DNA of 64,000 nt from an uncultured Syntrophomonadaceae bacterium (GCA_964467475.1 CAYXQO010000002.1:57787-121786), one strand, 5' to 3'. Numbered from the stretch's first letter, positions 47,867-58,109 are shown. A program made the numbers and translations. Notes: generated by a model from the sequence alone, not told the origin.

Positions 47867-48713
47867 CTAAACTGTCACCTCCACTGCCTTCTTCCAACGG
47901 TGCGCCGTTAAGAGCATTTTCCACGGCAAATATTATCCTTTCAGCGCTTAATGTAGCTCCGGTTTGCGTATCTACATTAAGGCTCTGTTCTTCTATAATT
48001 CTTTCTGGAATTAAAGGATAAGATTCAACAAAATAAGCATCGGTTTCATGCTGTTCAACAATCTCAATCCGATTAATTATGCCATTTAAAACTTCAACCT
48101 CGGCTGTCAATATACCCCTGGTTCCTTCCACACTGCCAAGGTATACACCGTCATCCACGGAAGGAAGGTTCAAACCAGCTCCTTCCTTATCCAGGAAGTT
48201 TTCACCAATAGTAATTACCGTGCGTCGCACAGAACTGATCACCGAACCGGTGCTTTCCGTCGCTCCACTGACAGTATCAACATCTTCACCGGCCTGGATA
48301 GGATCCTCATAACCTTTGCCAATAAATTGCTCCTGGAACTCGTCGGTAGTAATCACGTCACCAATCCCGGGAGTTTCAGAATGCCCCGTAACTATTATCC
48401 CTTTGATCTCACCTTCATCATCTACCGCAAGGTTATAGGATATCTCACCTTCATACCCATAGGTGGTAACCGTGGCCATGATCCCCATCAAATTAGCATC
48501 TTGATCGTAAACAAGATCATATGTATCTCCGTCTATTTCTTCGGATTCATAATCGGCAAGCTCGGGAAAAAACTGTTCAAGAGCCTCGATATATTCTCTT
48601 TGCTCTCTTTCTTTAATAACCGGTTCGGTAATGTTGTGAATCCCGGTAAGAAGCGCAGCGGACATTACCGCAATTAGTGCCAGAACCATTGAAAGACGAA
48701 CAATATCACGCAC
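47859..48713 (-). CDS. rnfG: Rnf complex subunit G with two FMN-binding domains.
   Basis: It has an N-terminal TM helix and two FMN_bind-like modules. The flavinylation-type motifs are DTVSGATESTGSV and DTQTGATLSAERI. Confidence 0.8.
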   Translation of the reverse strand: MRDIVRLSMVLALIAVMSAALLTGIHNITEPVIKEREQREYIEALEQFFPELADYESEEIDGDTYDLVYDQDANLMGIMATVTTYGYEGEISYNLAVDDEGEIKGIIVTGHSETPGIGDVITTDEFQEQFIGKGYEDPIQAGEDVDTVSGATESTGSVISSVRRTVITIGENFLDKEGAGLNLPSVDDGVYLGSVEGTRGILTAEVEVLNGIINRIEIVEQHETDAYFVESYPLIPERIIEEQSLNVDTQTGATLSAERIIFAVENALNGAPLEEGSGGDSLDE

Positions 48714-49680
48714 TTTTTTTCACCCCCCCAAACTGCTGGGGTATTGTAAAGTTATCAATTATCGGGGTCACTGCATTCATCATTAATATAGCAAAGGAAA
48801 CCCCTTCCGGGTAGGTTCCCCATAACCTGATCAACATTGTAAACAACCCGCAGCCAATCCCAAAAATTAATCGTCCGGCAGGGGTAACCGGGGTGGTGAC
48901 CATATCAGTGGCCATAAAGATAGCCCCGATCATCACCCCTCCGGCAAGCACATGGAACAACCCGGTCAACAGATAATTCTCGTAAAACCCGCCTCCAAAA
49001 ATTGTCCCTAAAACAAAAACAGTGCCGATAAATCCGCCGGGTATACGCAAATCAATATGGCCCCGGTAAGCAAGCCATATTCCTCCGATAAGCAAGGCCA
49101 GGGAGGAAGTTTCCCCTAACGAACCGGCAATATTGCCAATAAATATTTCCGGCAAGCTGAAAGCCAGGGCCTCCTGGGGGGCAGCTAAAACAGTTGCCCC
49201 GGTAACAGCAGAAATATCGGCGGTCAGCGCAAACGGTTGGGGCATAGGCCAGATGTCACCGGCCATGTGGCCGCCCCAGGAAACAACCAGGATCGCCCGA
49301 CCAACCAGGGCCGGGTTGAAAATATTATAGCCTATCCCCCCAAAAACCTGCTTACCAATAATGATTGCCGAGGCTGAGCCCAGAACAACCACCCACCAGG
49401 GCACCACAGGGGGCAGGGTCATCGCTAAAAGCAACCCGGTAACAGCGGCGCTGCCGTCTCCCAGGATGTTGCGATTTTTAAGCCACAGTGCTTCAACCAG
49501 CATGGCAACTACCATCGAAAGGACCATAATCATAAGGGCACGGTATCCAAACAAAAGCACAGCCATCAGGGCAGCCGGGAACAGCGCGATTAAAACATCA
49601 AACATTATGCTTTGCACTGATTCGCTTGTGCGTATATGCGGTGAAGAAGATACGATTAATTTTTCGCTAATTACAATCAC
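48706..49680 (-). CDS. rnfD: Rnf complex subunit D.
   Basis: It is an RnfD/NqrB-type polytopic protein with a flavinylation-site context (SGATVLAAP). Confidence 0.85.
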   Translation of the reverse strand: MIVISEKLIVSSSPHIRTSESVQSIMFDVLIALFPAALMAVLLFGYRALMIMVLSMVVAMLVEALWLKNRNILGDGSAAVTGLLLAMTLPPVVPWWVVVLGSASAIIIGKQVFGGIGYNIFNPALVGRAILVVSWGGHMAGDIWPMPQPFALTADISAVTGATVLAAPQEALAFSLPEIFIGNIAGSLGETSSLALLIGGIWLAYRGHIDLRIPGGFIGTVFVLGTIFGGGFYENYLLTGLFHVLAGGVMIGAIFMATDMVTTPVTPAGRLIFGIGCGLFTMLIRLWGTYPEGVSFAILMMNAVTPIIDNFTIPQQFGGVKKSA

Positions 49681-49701
49681 TTCCCTTCCCCGAGCAATAA
49701 A

Positions 49702-51060
49702 CTATTTACCTTGCTGTTTTCTCCTTTTCATAATTTCGGCTTTGGCAATTCTGATCCACTGGGTTAAAGGTATTTTGGAAGGACAGACATATGAACAGCA
49801 GCCGCACTCAAAACAATCCAGCGCATACAATTTTTCCGCTTTCTTATAATCGCCAAATTCTGAAACCTGAGCAATCAAGGTTGGCATCAATTGAACCGGG
49901 CAGGCATCCACACACTTAGCACAACGAATACAGGGGCTGCTTTCAACCAGGTGCACATCCTCTTTTGTGAGAGCAAGGATACCGGAAGTTCCCTTGATTA
50001 CCGGAATCTCAGAGGTAGGTTGGGCAAGCCCCATCATCGGGCCGCCAACCACCAGCTTAGCCGTCGATTCCTTAAGGCCTCCACAGTAATCGAGCAATTC
50101 CGCCGCGAGTGTTCCCAGCCGGACCTGCAGATTCTTCGGTTCTTTGATGCCGGAACCGGTAACTGTAATGACCCGCTCAACCAAAGGCTTGCCTTCGCGG
50201 ATTGCCCTGGCAACAGCTACTGCCGTACCTACATTATGGTTAACAACCCCGACCTCAAGAGGCAGGGCCCCTTCAGCAGGGACCACCCTCCCGGTGGTCG
50301 CATAAATCAACATCTTCTCCGCCCCCTGCGGATATTTTGTATGCAGGGGACATACCTGGATGTTATCTTCTTCGGCAACCATTTTTTCCATTACTTCTAA
50401 GGCATCGGGCTTGTTGTCTTCAATGCCGATGATCCCTCTTTCGGCACCAAGTGCCTTGATCATCGCCTTTAGGCCGAATAAAATCTCTTCCGGCTTTTCA
50501 AGCATTACCCGGTGGTCTCCAGTCAGGTATGGCTCGCATTCAGACCCATTTATGATCACCACATCAATCGGCTTGTCTTCCGGGGGAGAAAGTTTGACAT
50601 GGGCAGGGAAAGTCGCTCCACCTAACCCTACAATGCCGGCTTCCCTGACTATTTTACGAATATCTTCTGCTGAGAGTTCGTCAAGATTGCCTCCGGGCTG
50701 TAAACTTTCATCCCATTCATCCTTACCATCTGATTCAATTGTAACCGCATTAATTTTTACCCCAAGCGGATGATTGTACATGCCAATATCAGTCACCGTC
50801 CCGGAAATAGAAGAATGAACCGGAGCGGAAACAAACCCCTGGTTGTCACCTAATTTTTGACCGGCTTTCACCAGGGTCCCCTTTTCAATTTTCTCAACAT
50901 CGGCCAGAAGCTCGCAGGGAGCACCGATATGCTGCTGCATCGGGATAACCACTTTCTGTGGAAGCGGCATCTTTTCAATGGGCGTCGAGGCGGTATAGTT
51001 CTTTTTATCCTCGGGATGGACTCCACCTTTGAATAGTTCTTTAACCATTCCCTGAATCAC
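49702..51060 (-). CDS. rnfC: Rnf complex subunit C.
   Basis: It has an NADH/FMN-binding region (GLGGATFPAHVKL) and two C-terminal [4Fe-4S] motifs (CIRCAKCVDACP, CFECGCCSYVCP). Confidence 0.9.
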   Translation of the reverse strand: MIQGMVKELFKGGVHPEDKKNYTASTPIEKMPLPQKVVIPMQQHIGAPCELLADVEKIEKGTLVKAGQKLGDNQGFVSAPVHSSISGTVTDIGMYNHPLGVKINAVTIESDGKDEWDESLQPGGNLDELSAEDIRKIVREAGIVGLGGATFPAHVKLSPPEDKPIDVVIINGSECEPYLTGDHRVMLEKPEEILFGLKAMIKALGAERGIIGIEDNKPDALEVMEKMVAEEDNIQVCPLHTKYPQGAEKMLIYATTGRVVPAEGALPLEVGVVNHNVGTAVAVARAIREGKPLVERVITVTGSGIKEPKNLQVRLGTLAAELLDYCGGLKESTAKLVVGGPMMGLAQPTSEIPVIKGTSGILALTKEDVHLVESSPCIRCAKCVDACPVQLMPTLIAQVSEFGDYKKAEKLYALDCFECGCCSYVCPSKIPLTQWIRIAKAEIMKRRKQQGK

Positions 51061-51293
51061 CCTTTCAACCGGTCATTGCTATTATTTGCTGTTTGAATTA
51101 AACATTGTCGCTTATCATTTTCCGAATAAAAAGAAATTAGCGATAAAATTGCTATAAAAGGACTTAACTATTTTCGTGAAATAATTACAAAGTCCTGCCA
51201 AAAAACATTCATTTTAGCTCGGTCCCTTAAAATAGAACTAATCAATCATTTAGTTACATTCAAATATTTTTTACTATTATCGTAGTAAAGTTT

Positions 51294-52679
51294 TTAGCGC
51301 ATATTCTTTTCCCAGTATGCGCGGGCATCACTAACCGTGTAAAAAGAACCGCTTACGAGCACCATATCCCGGTTACCAGCCAGTTCCAGTCCTTTTTCCA
51401 AAGCCATCCCGATATCATCAAATACTTCTATATAACGAGGATCCCACCCCAGTTGATGCACCGCTTCTGAAGCAAGGGCTCTGGGATCTTCAGCTCGGGG
51501 TATCAGTGCCCTGGTAAAGATAACTTTGTCGGCCAGCGGCAGGATGTTTTCCAGCATCAAGCGGGAATCTTTATCAGCCATAATCCCGAAAACAAGAATT
51601 AAGCGCCGGTAGTTAAAATATTCAGGCAGGGCCCCGGCAAGGTTTGTGACCGCAGCCGGATTATGAGCCCCGTCCATAACCAGCATGGGTTCAGTTTGTA
51701 AAAGTTCCAACCTACCGGGCCACTCTACCGTAGCAAAACCGCGGCGTACTGATTCCTCCTCTACCCTGTAACCCTGTTTAACCAGCAATTCCGCCGCAGC
51801 CAGGGCTGTAGCGGCATTTGTCACCTGGTAAGAACCGCGTAAGGGGATAAAAAGCCCACCGAAATTCTTCGTAAAGCCCAGGTACGAAAATTCTTGACCT
51901 TTTTCATTTACAGAAACCTGCGAAAACCCGGCACTTGGAGTGTCCGGGTTAAGATAAGGGACAGATAGGTCCTTTCCTGTTACTTCCTCTGCCAGCGGCT
52001 TCACATAGTAGAGGCTGCTCCCCAACTGCGCCGCCCGATCTTCAATCACTGCCAGCGTTTCGCTGTCGTCGGCAGCAGTAATTACCGGGACTTCTTCCTT
52101 AATGATCCCGGCCTTTTCCCGGGCTACCTGCGCCACTGTATCGCCAAGTACCTCGGTATGTTCCAGGCTGACATTAGTGATTACGCTTAAAAGGGGAGTA
52201 ACCACATTAGTAGCATCCAACCGCCCTCCCAGGCCTACTTCTAAAACTACCAGGTCTACTTTTTCCCGAGCAAAATAAGTAAGGGCCAGCACGGTGACCA
52301 CTTCAAATTCCGTAGGGTGGCCATAACGGCTGTCTGTGCTGATCCGTTCAACCAGGGGGCGGACTTCTTCCACCAGCCCGACCAATTCCTCATGGCCGAT
52401 GTCCCGACCGTTGATCGCCATACGGTTACTGAAAGAAAGCAGGTAAGGAGAGGTATAAAGCCCTGTTCGGTAACCTGCATCCCGCATGATCGAAGCGAGC
52501 ATGGCTGCAGTAGATCCCTTCCCGTTTGTGCCGGCTATATGCACAAAGCGGAGCCTATCTTGCGGTCTGCCCAGCTCCTCGAGCATGGCAGTAACTCGTT
52601 CCAACCCGGGTTTATTGCCAAAACGGCTTAACCCGTGAATCCATTCGAGTGCTTCACGATAACTTTTATTATGATCCAT
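51294..52679 (-). CDS. folC: Folylpolyglutamate synthase/dihydrofolate synthase.
   Basis: It carries a P-loop (HIAGTNGKGST) and a Mur-ligase fold. Confidence 0.85.
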   Translation of the reverse strand: MDHNKSYREALEWIHGLSRFGNKPGLERVTAMLEELGRPQDRLRFVHIAGTNGKGSTAAMLASIMRDAGYRTGLYTSPYLLSFSNRMAINGRDIGHEELVGLVEEVRPLVERISTDSRYGHPTEFEVVTVLALTYFAREKVDLVVLEVGLGGRLDATNVVTPLLSVITNVSLEHTEVLGDTVAQVAREKAGIIKEEVPVITAADDSETLAVIEDRAAQLGSSLYYVKPLAEEVTGKDLSVPYLNPDTPSAGFSQVSVNEKGQEFSYLGFTKNFGGLFIPLRGSYQVTNAATALAAAELLVKQGYRVEEESVRRGFATVEWPGRLELLQTEPMLVMDGAHNPAAVTNLAGALPEYFNYRRLILVFGIMADKDSRLMLENILPLADKVIFTRALIPRAEDPRALASEAVHQLGWDPRYIEVFDDIGMALEKGLELAGNRDMVLVSGSFYTVSDARAYWEKNMR

Positions 52680-52682
52680 TGC

Positions 52683-55361
52683 CTAGCTTAACTCCTGCAA
52701 TCTTTGCTGTAGCTTCTGCATTTTAGTTTCCTGCTCCTCGCGGCGGGCTTTTTCCTTTTCAACTACATCCGCAGGCGCCTTTTCCCTAAAACTCTGGTTG
52801 TTCAGCTTTCCCTCTGTTTTCTTTATTTCTTCTTCCAGCTGAGAAACTTCTTTTTTCAATCTTTCTATTTCAATATCCAGGTCAATAACCCCTTCCAGGG
52901 GGAGATATACTTCAACATCCTCACCGATAATCGAAGTCAACGCTTGTTTGGGCTTATCTATGTTCGGGTCAATAGTTACCGGTTCAGCAAAGGCCAGCTC
53001 TTTAATATGATGTGACTCCTCTGTCAGGAAGGTTTGCCTGCGGCCACCGGCCCTAATAATGACAGGCGCTTTTTTACCCGGAGGCAATTGAACCTGGCTG
53101 CGGAGATTCCTGATAGCCTTGATTACATCCTGGACCAGGGCAAACTCTTCAGCTTCTTCGGGGAAGGAAAGAGCCGGTGATGTATCCGGCCAGGCAGCTA
53201 CTACCAGGGCATCTTCTTTTCTGTGCGGAAGCTGCTGCCAAATTTCCTCGGTAATAAATGGCATCACCGGGTGAAGGAGACGCATCATCCCGTCAAGAAG
53301 ATAAACCAAAAGACTGCGGGTGCGTTCCCGGTCGCGTTCCGCATCCGGTTCCCCTGAATCCCGGTAGAGATAGTATTTGCTAATTTCTAGATACCAGTCA
53401 CAGTAGTCATTCCATAGATGTTCATATATCGTGCGAGCCGCTTCACCCAGCTCGTACTGTTCAAGTAAATCATTCGTTTTTTGCACGGTTTCATTAAAGC
53501 GGTGCAGAATCCAGCGATCGATTCGGTTCAAGCCTTCCGGCAGCTGTTGCGGGTCAAACTGGACAGGCGGTGCGCTCTCCTCGTCAAAGCCGAGGTTCAT
53601 CAAAACAAACCGGGAGGCATTCCATATCTTGTTAGCAAAGTTACGACCCGCTTCCACACTTTCCTGCCTGAAACGCTGGTCGTTTCCGGGAGTCTGGTTG
53701 GTTACCAGGGTAAAGCGCAGGGTATCCGCCCCGTAATTTTCAATTACTTCAAGGGGATCAACCCCATTGCCAAGCGATTTGCTCATTTTACGCCCCAGGG
53801 CATCGCGGACAAGCCCGGTGATGTAAACAGTATAGAAAGGAACATCATTCATGAAAGCAAGACCCATGAACATCATCCTTGCTACCCAGAAGAAAATGAT
53901 ATCATAAGCGGTAACTAAGACTGTGGTAGGATAAAAATTTTGCAAATCATCAGTTTGATCCGGCCAGCCAAGAGTGGAAAAGGGCCACAGGGCTGAACTG
54001 AACCAGGTATCCAAAACATCGGGATCCTGTTTTAAATCGCTACCGCCACAGGAAGGACAGCGTTCAGGATCGGAATAATCAACAATAACTTCCCCGCATG
54101 AGCAGTACCAGGCGGGAATACGGTGCCCCCACCAGATCTGCCGTGATATGCACCAATCGCGGATATTTTCCAGCCATTCCTTGTAGATTCGGGCAAAACG
54201 GGGTGGTACAAAGTCGGTTTGCCCTTTCTCAACCGCCGCAATCGCGGGTTCGGCCAGGGGCTTCATCTTAACGAACCACTGGCGGGATATTAATGGTTCA
54301 ACCACCGTATCGCACCGCTGACAATGGCCGATTGAATGCTCATAATCCTCGATTTTTTCAACCAGGCCTAAGTCTTTTAGATCTTCGACTACTTTTTTGC
54401 GGCACGCAAACCGTTCCATTCCTTCATAAGGACCGGCTGCAGGGGTCATTTTGGCATCTTCCCCGACCACCTTAAGGATTTCCAGGTCGTGACGCCAGCC
54501 GATGGCCAGGTCGTTTGGATCATGGCCAGGGGTAACCTTAACTGCCCCACTGCCGAATTCCGGGTCCACGTAATCATCAGCTACGATCGGAATTTCCCGG
54601 TCAAGGAGAGGTAAAATCACACTTTTGCCCACCAGGTCACGGTAACGTTCATCGCCCGGGTGGACTGCTACAGCGGTATCGCCGAGCATTGATTCGGGCC
54701 GGGTGGTAGCAACGATTATATGCCCGTTACCATCGGCCAACGGATATTTAATATGAGTAATCGTCGAAGCTTCAGCTTCATGCTCCACTTCAATATCAGA
54801 GAGAGCGGTAGAACACCTCGCGCACCAATTGATCATATAATCCCCGCGGTAAATCAAACCGCGGTGGTAAAGGTCGACAAATACCTTGCGTACAGCCTGG
54901 GAACAGCCTTCATCCATGGTAAAACGCTCCCGTGACCAGTCACAGGAAACACCCAGGCGGTGAAGTTGCCTGGTAATGCGTTCATGGTAAGTATCTTTCC
55001 AGTCCCAAACCCGCTCGAGAAAAGCTTCTCGTCCCAGCTCCCGGCTATCAACACCTTCCTCGGCCAAATGTTTTTCCACTACATTCTGAGTGGCAATCCC
55101 GGCATGGTCACAGCCGGGCAGCCAGAGGGTATCGTAACCCTGCATCCGGCGCCTGCGGATCAATACGTCCTGGACAGTATTGTTCAAAGCATGGCCCATA
55201 TGCAACGAACCGGTCACATTAGGCGGAGGGATAACGATTGTAAAAGGTTCTTTGTCCGGATCCCCGGAAGCGCGAAAGTAATCTCCATCCAGCCAAAACT
55301 GATACCGCTTTATTTCAACTGCATGGGGATCATATACAGGCGGCAGCATCTTTTCGTTCAT
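52683..55361 (-). CDS. valS: Valyl-tRNA synthetase.
   Basis: It has HMGHALNNTVQD and KMSKSLGN, plus a C-terminal coiled coil. Length is 892 aa. Confidence 0.95.
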   Translation of the reverse strand: MNEKMLPPVYDPHAVEIKRYQFWLDGDYFRASGDPDKEPFTIVIPPPNVTGSLHMGHALNNTVQDVLIRRRRMQGYDTLWLPGCDHAGIATQNVVEKHLAEEGVDSRELGREAFLERVWDWKDTYHERITRQLHRLGVSCDWSRERFTMDEGCSQAVRKVFVDLYHRGLIYRGDYMINWCARCSTALSDIEVEHEAEASTITHIKYPLADGNGHIIVATTRPESMLGDTAVAVHPGDERYRDLVGKSVILPLLDREIPIVADDYVDPEFGSGAVKVTPGHDPNDLAIGWRHDLEILKVVGEDAKMTPAAGPYEGMERFACRKKVVEDLKDLGLVEKIEDYEHSIGHCQRCDTVVEPLISRQWFVKMKPLAEPAIAAVEKGQTDFVPPRFARIYKEWLENIRDWCISRQIWWGHRIPAWYCSCGEVIVDYSDPERCPSCGGSDLKQDPDVLDTWFSSALWPFSTLGWPDQTDDLQNFYPTTVLVTAYDIIFFWVARMMFMGLAFMNDVPFYTVYITGLVRDALGRKMSKSLGNGVDPLEVIENYGADTLRFTLVTNQTPGNDQRFRQESVEAGRNFANKIWNASRFVLMNLGFDEESAPPVQFDPQQLPEGLNRIDRWILHRFNETVQKTNDLLEQYELGEAARTIYEHLWNDYCDWYLEISKYYLYRDSGEPDAERDRERTRSLLVYLLDGMMRLLHPVMPFITEEIWQQLPHRKEDALVVAAWPDTSPALSFPEEAEEFALVQDVIKAIRNLRSQVQLPPGKKAPVIIRAGGRRQTFLTEESHHIKELAFAEPVTIDPNIDKPKQALTSIIGEDVEVYLPLEGVIDLDIEIERLKKEVSQLEEEIKKTEGKLNNQSFREKAPADVVEKEKARREEQETKMQKLQQRLQELS

Positions 55362-55487
55362 ATGATCACCTCAACTATTTTCAGCAATAGCTTCAACCGA
55401 ACAGGCGCTATTATTTAAGACAGCCTGTAACTAATCGGTTTTGTAAATAGTATTATTTTACGCAATGAAAGTCAATCCTGATGAGGG

Positions 55488-55832
55488 CTAAAACTTATCC
55501 CCCAGGCGGGAAGATTGCAGAGCCTGTTCCGAGAGATAATACTTTTCATCCTCTGTAGAACGAATAACCTCCAATTTGATCAGAACATCGAAAGCATAAA
55601 CCCTATAATCACGAGGCTTAAAAGATCGCTCCCATAAACTCTGCTCAGCTAGAGAAAGCAACCCCAGTTCTTTTCGGGTCTTGGCATTTCCCGGGTCGAG
55701 CGCTTCTTTTTCCCTAAAAGTTTCAACCACCCTCTTTAGCGCTTTCTCCATTTTATAGCGAGACAACCATATCCCAAAAGCAAACAAACCTCCAATTATT
55801 ACCACCAGTAAAATTGCTGTACCAACAGGCAA
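55488..55832 (-). CDS. Small membrane-anchored hypothetical protein.
   Basis: The 114-aa protein has a single N-terminal TM helix and no recognisable domain. Confidence 0.4.
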   Translation of the reverse strand: MPVGTAILLVVIIGGLFAFGIWLSRYKMEKALKRVVETFREKEALDPGNAKTRKELGLLSLAEQSLWERSFKPRDYRVYAFDVLIKLEVIRSTEDEKYYLSEQALQSSRLGDKF

Positions 55833-55836
55833 AAAA

Positions 55837-56781
55837 TTACCCCCTTCGCTTTAAATCTGATTTTTTAATATCCCAGTAAAGAGCACTGATAAATTGTTTT
55901 ATGTTAACTCTGGTTTTCGTCGGGGCAGGATTATCCTGCTCCAACTCTTTCATTTTAAGACGAAGCTCGTTAAAATCAAAATACTTGGGAGCATACCTTT
56001 CAAATATGGGATCGCTATAATCCTCTATCCCCAGGGCTGCAACATGGTCCATAGCCTGTTTCACCGCCCGGCGCACCCGCTGCTCAATAGTGCGCACATC
56101 ACTGCGTCTGGCCCCCTCTTGAATATACTCTTCCTGGACTGCCCGGTAAAGATCTTTCAATCTTTTCGATTCTTCCAGGTACTTCTCCGCCCCGGGGACA
56201 CTGTTTAAAAATACGACGATCTGCACCAAATCATTACTGCCCGGCTCACCGATCAACCCCAGATCGGCAAGCACTTCCCTGGTTCTTTCCTTGATCGTAT
56301 CCTGATCCAGAATTTGGCCCTCGTTTCTGCTGGTGGAAGATTTCAAACCCTCAATATTATCCAGGGCTGCCAGGGAATCGCGCATTTGCTCAAAAGAGCG
56401 TTCCATCCGCAGGCGATCAATCAATCCCTTGATTACAGAAATTACTTCCACCTTGTTGATCGGTTTGTTGATATAAAACTCGATCCCTGCATCGTAAGCC
56501 TGGGCAACCATCTCTTTTTTTTCAACCTGGGATATCATTACAATCTTGCCGTTAAAATCACGATCTTTAAGTTGTTCCACGATCTCTATTCCGTCTTTAC
56601 CGGGCATCAACAGGTCAACTAAGAGTATATCGGGTTGACAATCCAGGATTATACCGCTTACATTGCCGCGGCCGTCACCAAGTTCGCCAACAACTTCCCC
56701 TAAAAATTCATCCTCGATAATCTGGGCCAAAATTCGCCTGCAGGCCAGATCGTCTTCAATGATAAAGAAACTATAATTCAT
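55837..56781 (-). CDS. Response regulator, GlnL/YcbB-like (receiver plus YcbB-type output domain).
   Basis: The receiver domain has the phospho-acceptor context ILLVDLLMPGKDG. The C-terminal domain resembles the B. subtilis GlnL output domain. The likely start is MNYSFFIIEDD, overlapping the kinase stop in an ATGA arrangement. Confidence 0.6.
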   Translation of the reverse strand: MNYSFFIIEDDLACRRILAQIIEDEFLGEVVGELGDGRGNVSGIILDCQPDILLVDLLMPGKDGIEIVEQLKDRDFNGKIVMISQVEKKEMVAQAYDAGIEFYINKPINKVEVISVIKGLIDRLRMERSFEQMRDSLAALDNIEGLKSSTSRNEGQILDQDTIKERTREVLADLGLIGEPGSNDLVQIVVFLNSVPGAEKYLEESKRLKDLYRAVQEEYIQEGARRSDVRTIEQRVRRAVKQAMDHVAALGIEDYSDPIFERYAPKYFDFNELRLKMKELEQDNPAPTKTRVNIKQFISALYWDIKKSDLKRRG

Positions 56782-58109
56782 CAAACATCCTCCACGATAT
56801 TCGAAACGGGAATTAGTATAATAAAACATTTTTCGTTTTCTTTTTCCCGGAAGCAAACCCGCCCCCGGAAATTTTCCACCAGTCCCTTGACGTAAGACAA
56901 ACCAATCCCCGTAGAGGGCACTCCCTCTGCTGAAAATTTGGTAGTAAACCCTGGTTCAAAAATCAGCGCCCGATCCCGTTCACGGATCGGGTCACCGTTG
57001 TCACAAATATATATCCGCAGGATAGAGCGCTTCTTTTTTACCTTAAGGCGAATATATCCCTCTGAGCGAATTGCCTCGACAGCATTGGAAGCCAGGTTAT
57101 TTAGAATCGCCAGCAGTGGATAAATCTGTTCGACCTCAAGATCCTCTTCACATTGAAGGTAAAAATGGACACTTTTATCGAGGCTTTGCGCATAACTGCG
57201 GTTTGTCTCGATCACCAGGTTCATTATTTCCGAGAGGTTCATTACCGGCTTTTCCTGCCTGATTTTTAAAGCTTCACCAAGTCCTGCCAGGATTCTCACC
57301 GTATCCTTTTTAACTTCATGAACCTCCTCGGCTATTTGCAAGGCACTCCTCTCCAGGGAACGGTCCATCAACTTCAATTCCTTTAGCTTCTTATGTAAAT
57401 TATAACTCTTGGCCATGATATTTTCTATGTTTTCAATTGACTTTTGCATATAAAAAAGCTCATCGTAAAGCTCTGAGGCCACAATAAGCATTTTTTCATA
57501 ATTAACCCGCTGCTGCTGATCGTGAATTACCGTTTTTTGAAAATGGCTGATATTAACCAGGCTGGTCACTAAAAAAAGCTGCACAGAAGACATCAGGAGC
57601 AGGATAGCCAGGTTTTCCAGGCTAATCACCTGCGGAAGCGGAATCCTAACCAGTGCTTCGGCAAGATTGGAAACGGCAATAGCGCCGCCCAGAAAAAACA
57701 ACAGGGGCACTGTAAACCCCCGAGCACCTTCACGAATATCACCCAGGCGCAAGATTACGGCCAACAGCAAAAAATAAACTGCTCCTGAATACTGGTGCTC
57801 GGTCATAAAAGTAAAGTAATCGGAAGGCAACCAGATAAAATAATCCATGCTAACTCTGATTAGAAGGGTGGAAGCAGCAACCAGCGCTGCAGTGGGTAAA
57901 ATAAGTAAGTGGTTTAAGCTAAGAATCGCATAAACAAAAACTACCGTGCCAATTGAAAAACGAAAAGGCCCGATATCAGTAACAATAAATAGTTCAGAAG
58001 CAATTACTGTAACTGTAACAACAAGAAGGACTCTTTTATTTCTTGGTCTGAGCAGAGATTCCGTAATCCTGTCCCGAACCTCGTTCATACAAGCGATAAC
58101 CAAGGTCAA
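56781..58109 (-). CDS. Sensor histidine kinase, GlnK/YcbA-like (5TM LytS-YhcK type sensor plus HATPase).
   Basis: It has an N-terminal 5TM receptor domain and C-terminal GHKL ATPase motifs (NASNAVEAI, DNGDPI, GIGLSYV). Confidence 0.6.
   Translation of the reverse strand: MTLVIACMNEVRDRITESLLRPRNKRVLLVVTVTVIASELFIVTDIGPFRFSIGTVVFVYAILSLNHLLILPTAALVAASTLLIRVSMDYFIWLPSDYFTFMTEHQYSGAVYFLLLAVILRLGDIREGARGFTVPLLFFLGGAIAVSNLAEALVRIPLPQVISLENLAILLLMSSVQLFLVTSLVNISHFQKTVIHDQQQRVNYEKMLIVASELYDELFYMQKSIENIENIMAKSYNLHKKLKELKLMDRSLERSALQIAEEVHEVKKDTVRILAGLGEALKIRQEKPVMNLSEIMNLVIETNRSYAQSLDKSVHFYLQCEEDLEVEQIYPLLAILNNLASNAVEAIRSEGYIRLKVKKKRSILRIYICDNGDPIRERDRALIFEPGFTTKFSAEGVPSTGIGLSYVKGLVENFRGRVCFREKENEKCFIILIPVSNIVEDV

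Noticed and set aside
55362-55487. An expected T-box leader upstream of valS.
   Set aside because: Only 126 bp lie between valS and the next gene, and no AGGGUGGNACCGCG motif is present. A GGGTGG at about 55722 lies inside a coding region without the rest of the T-box.
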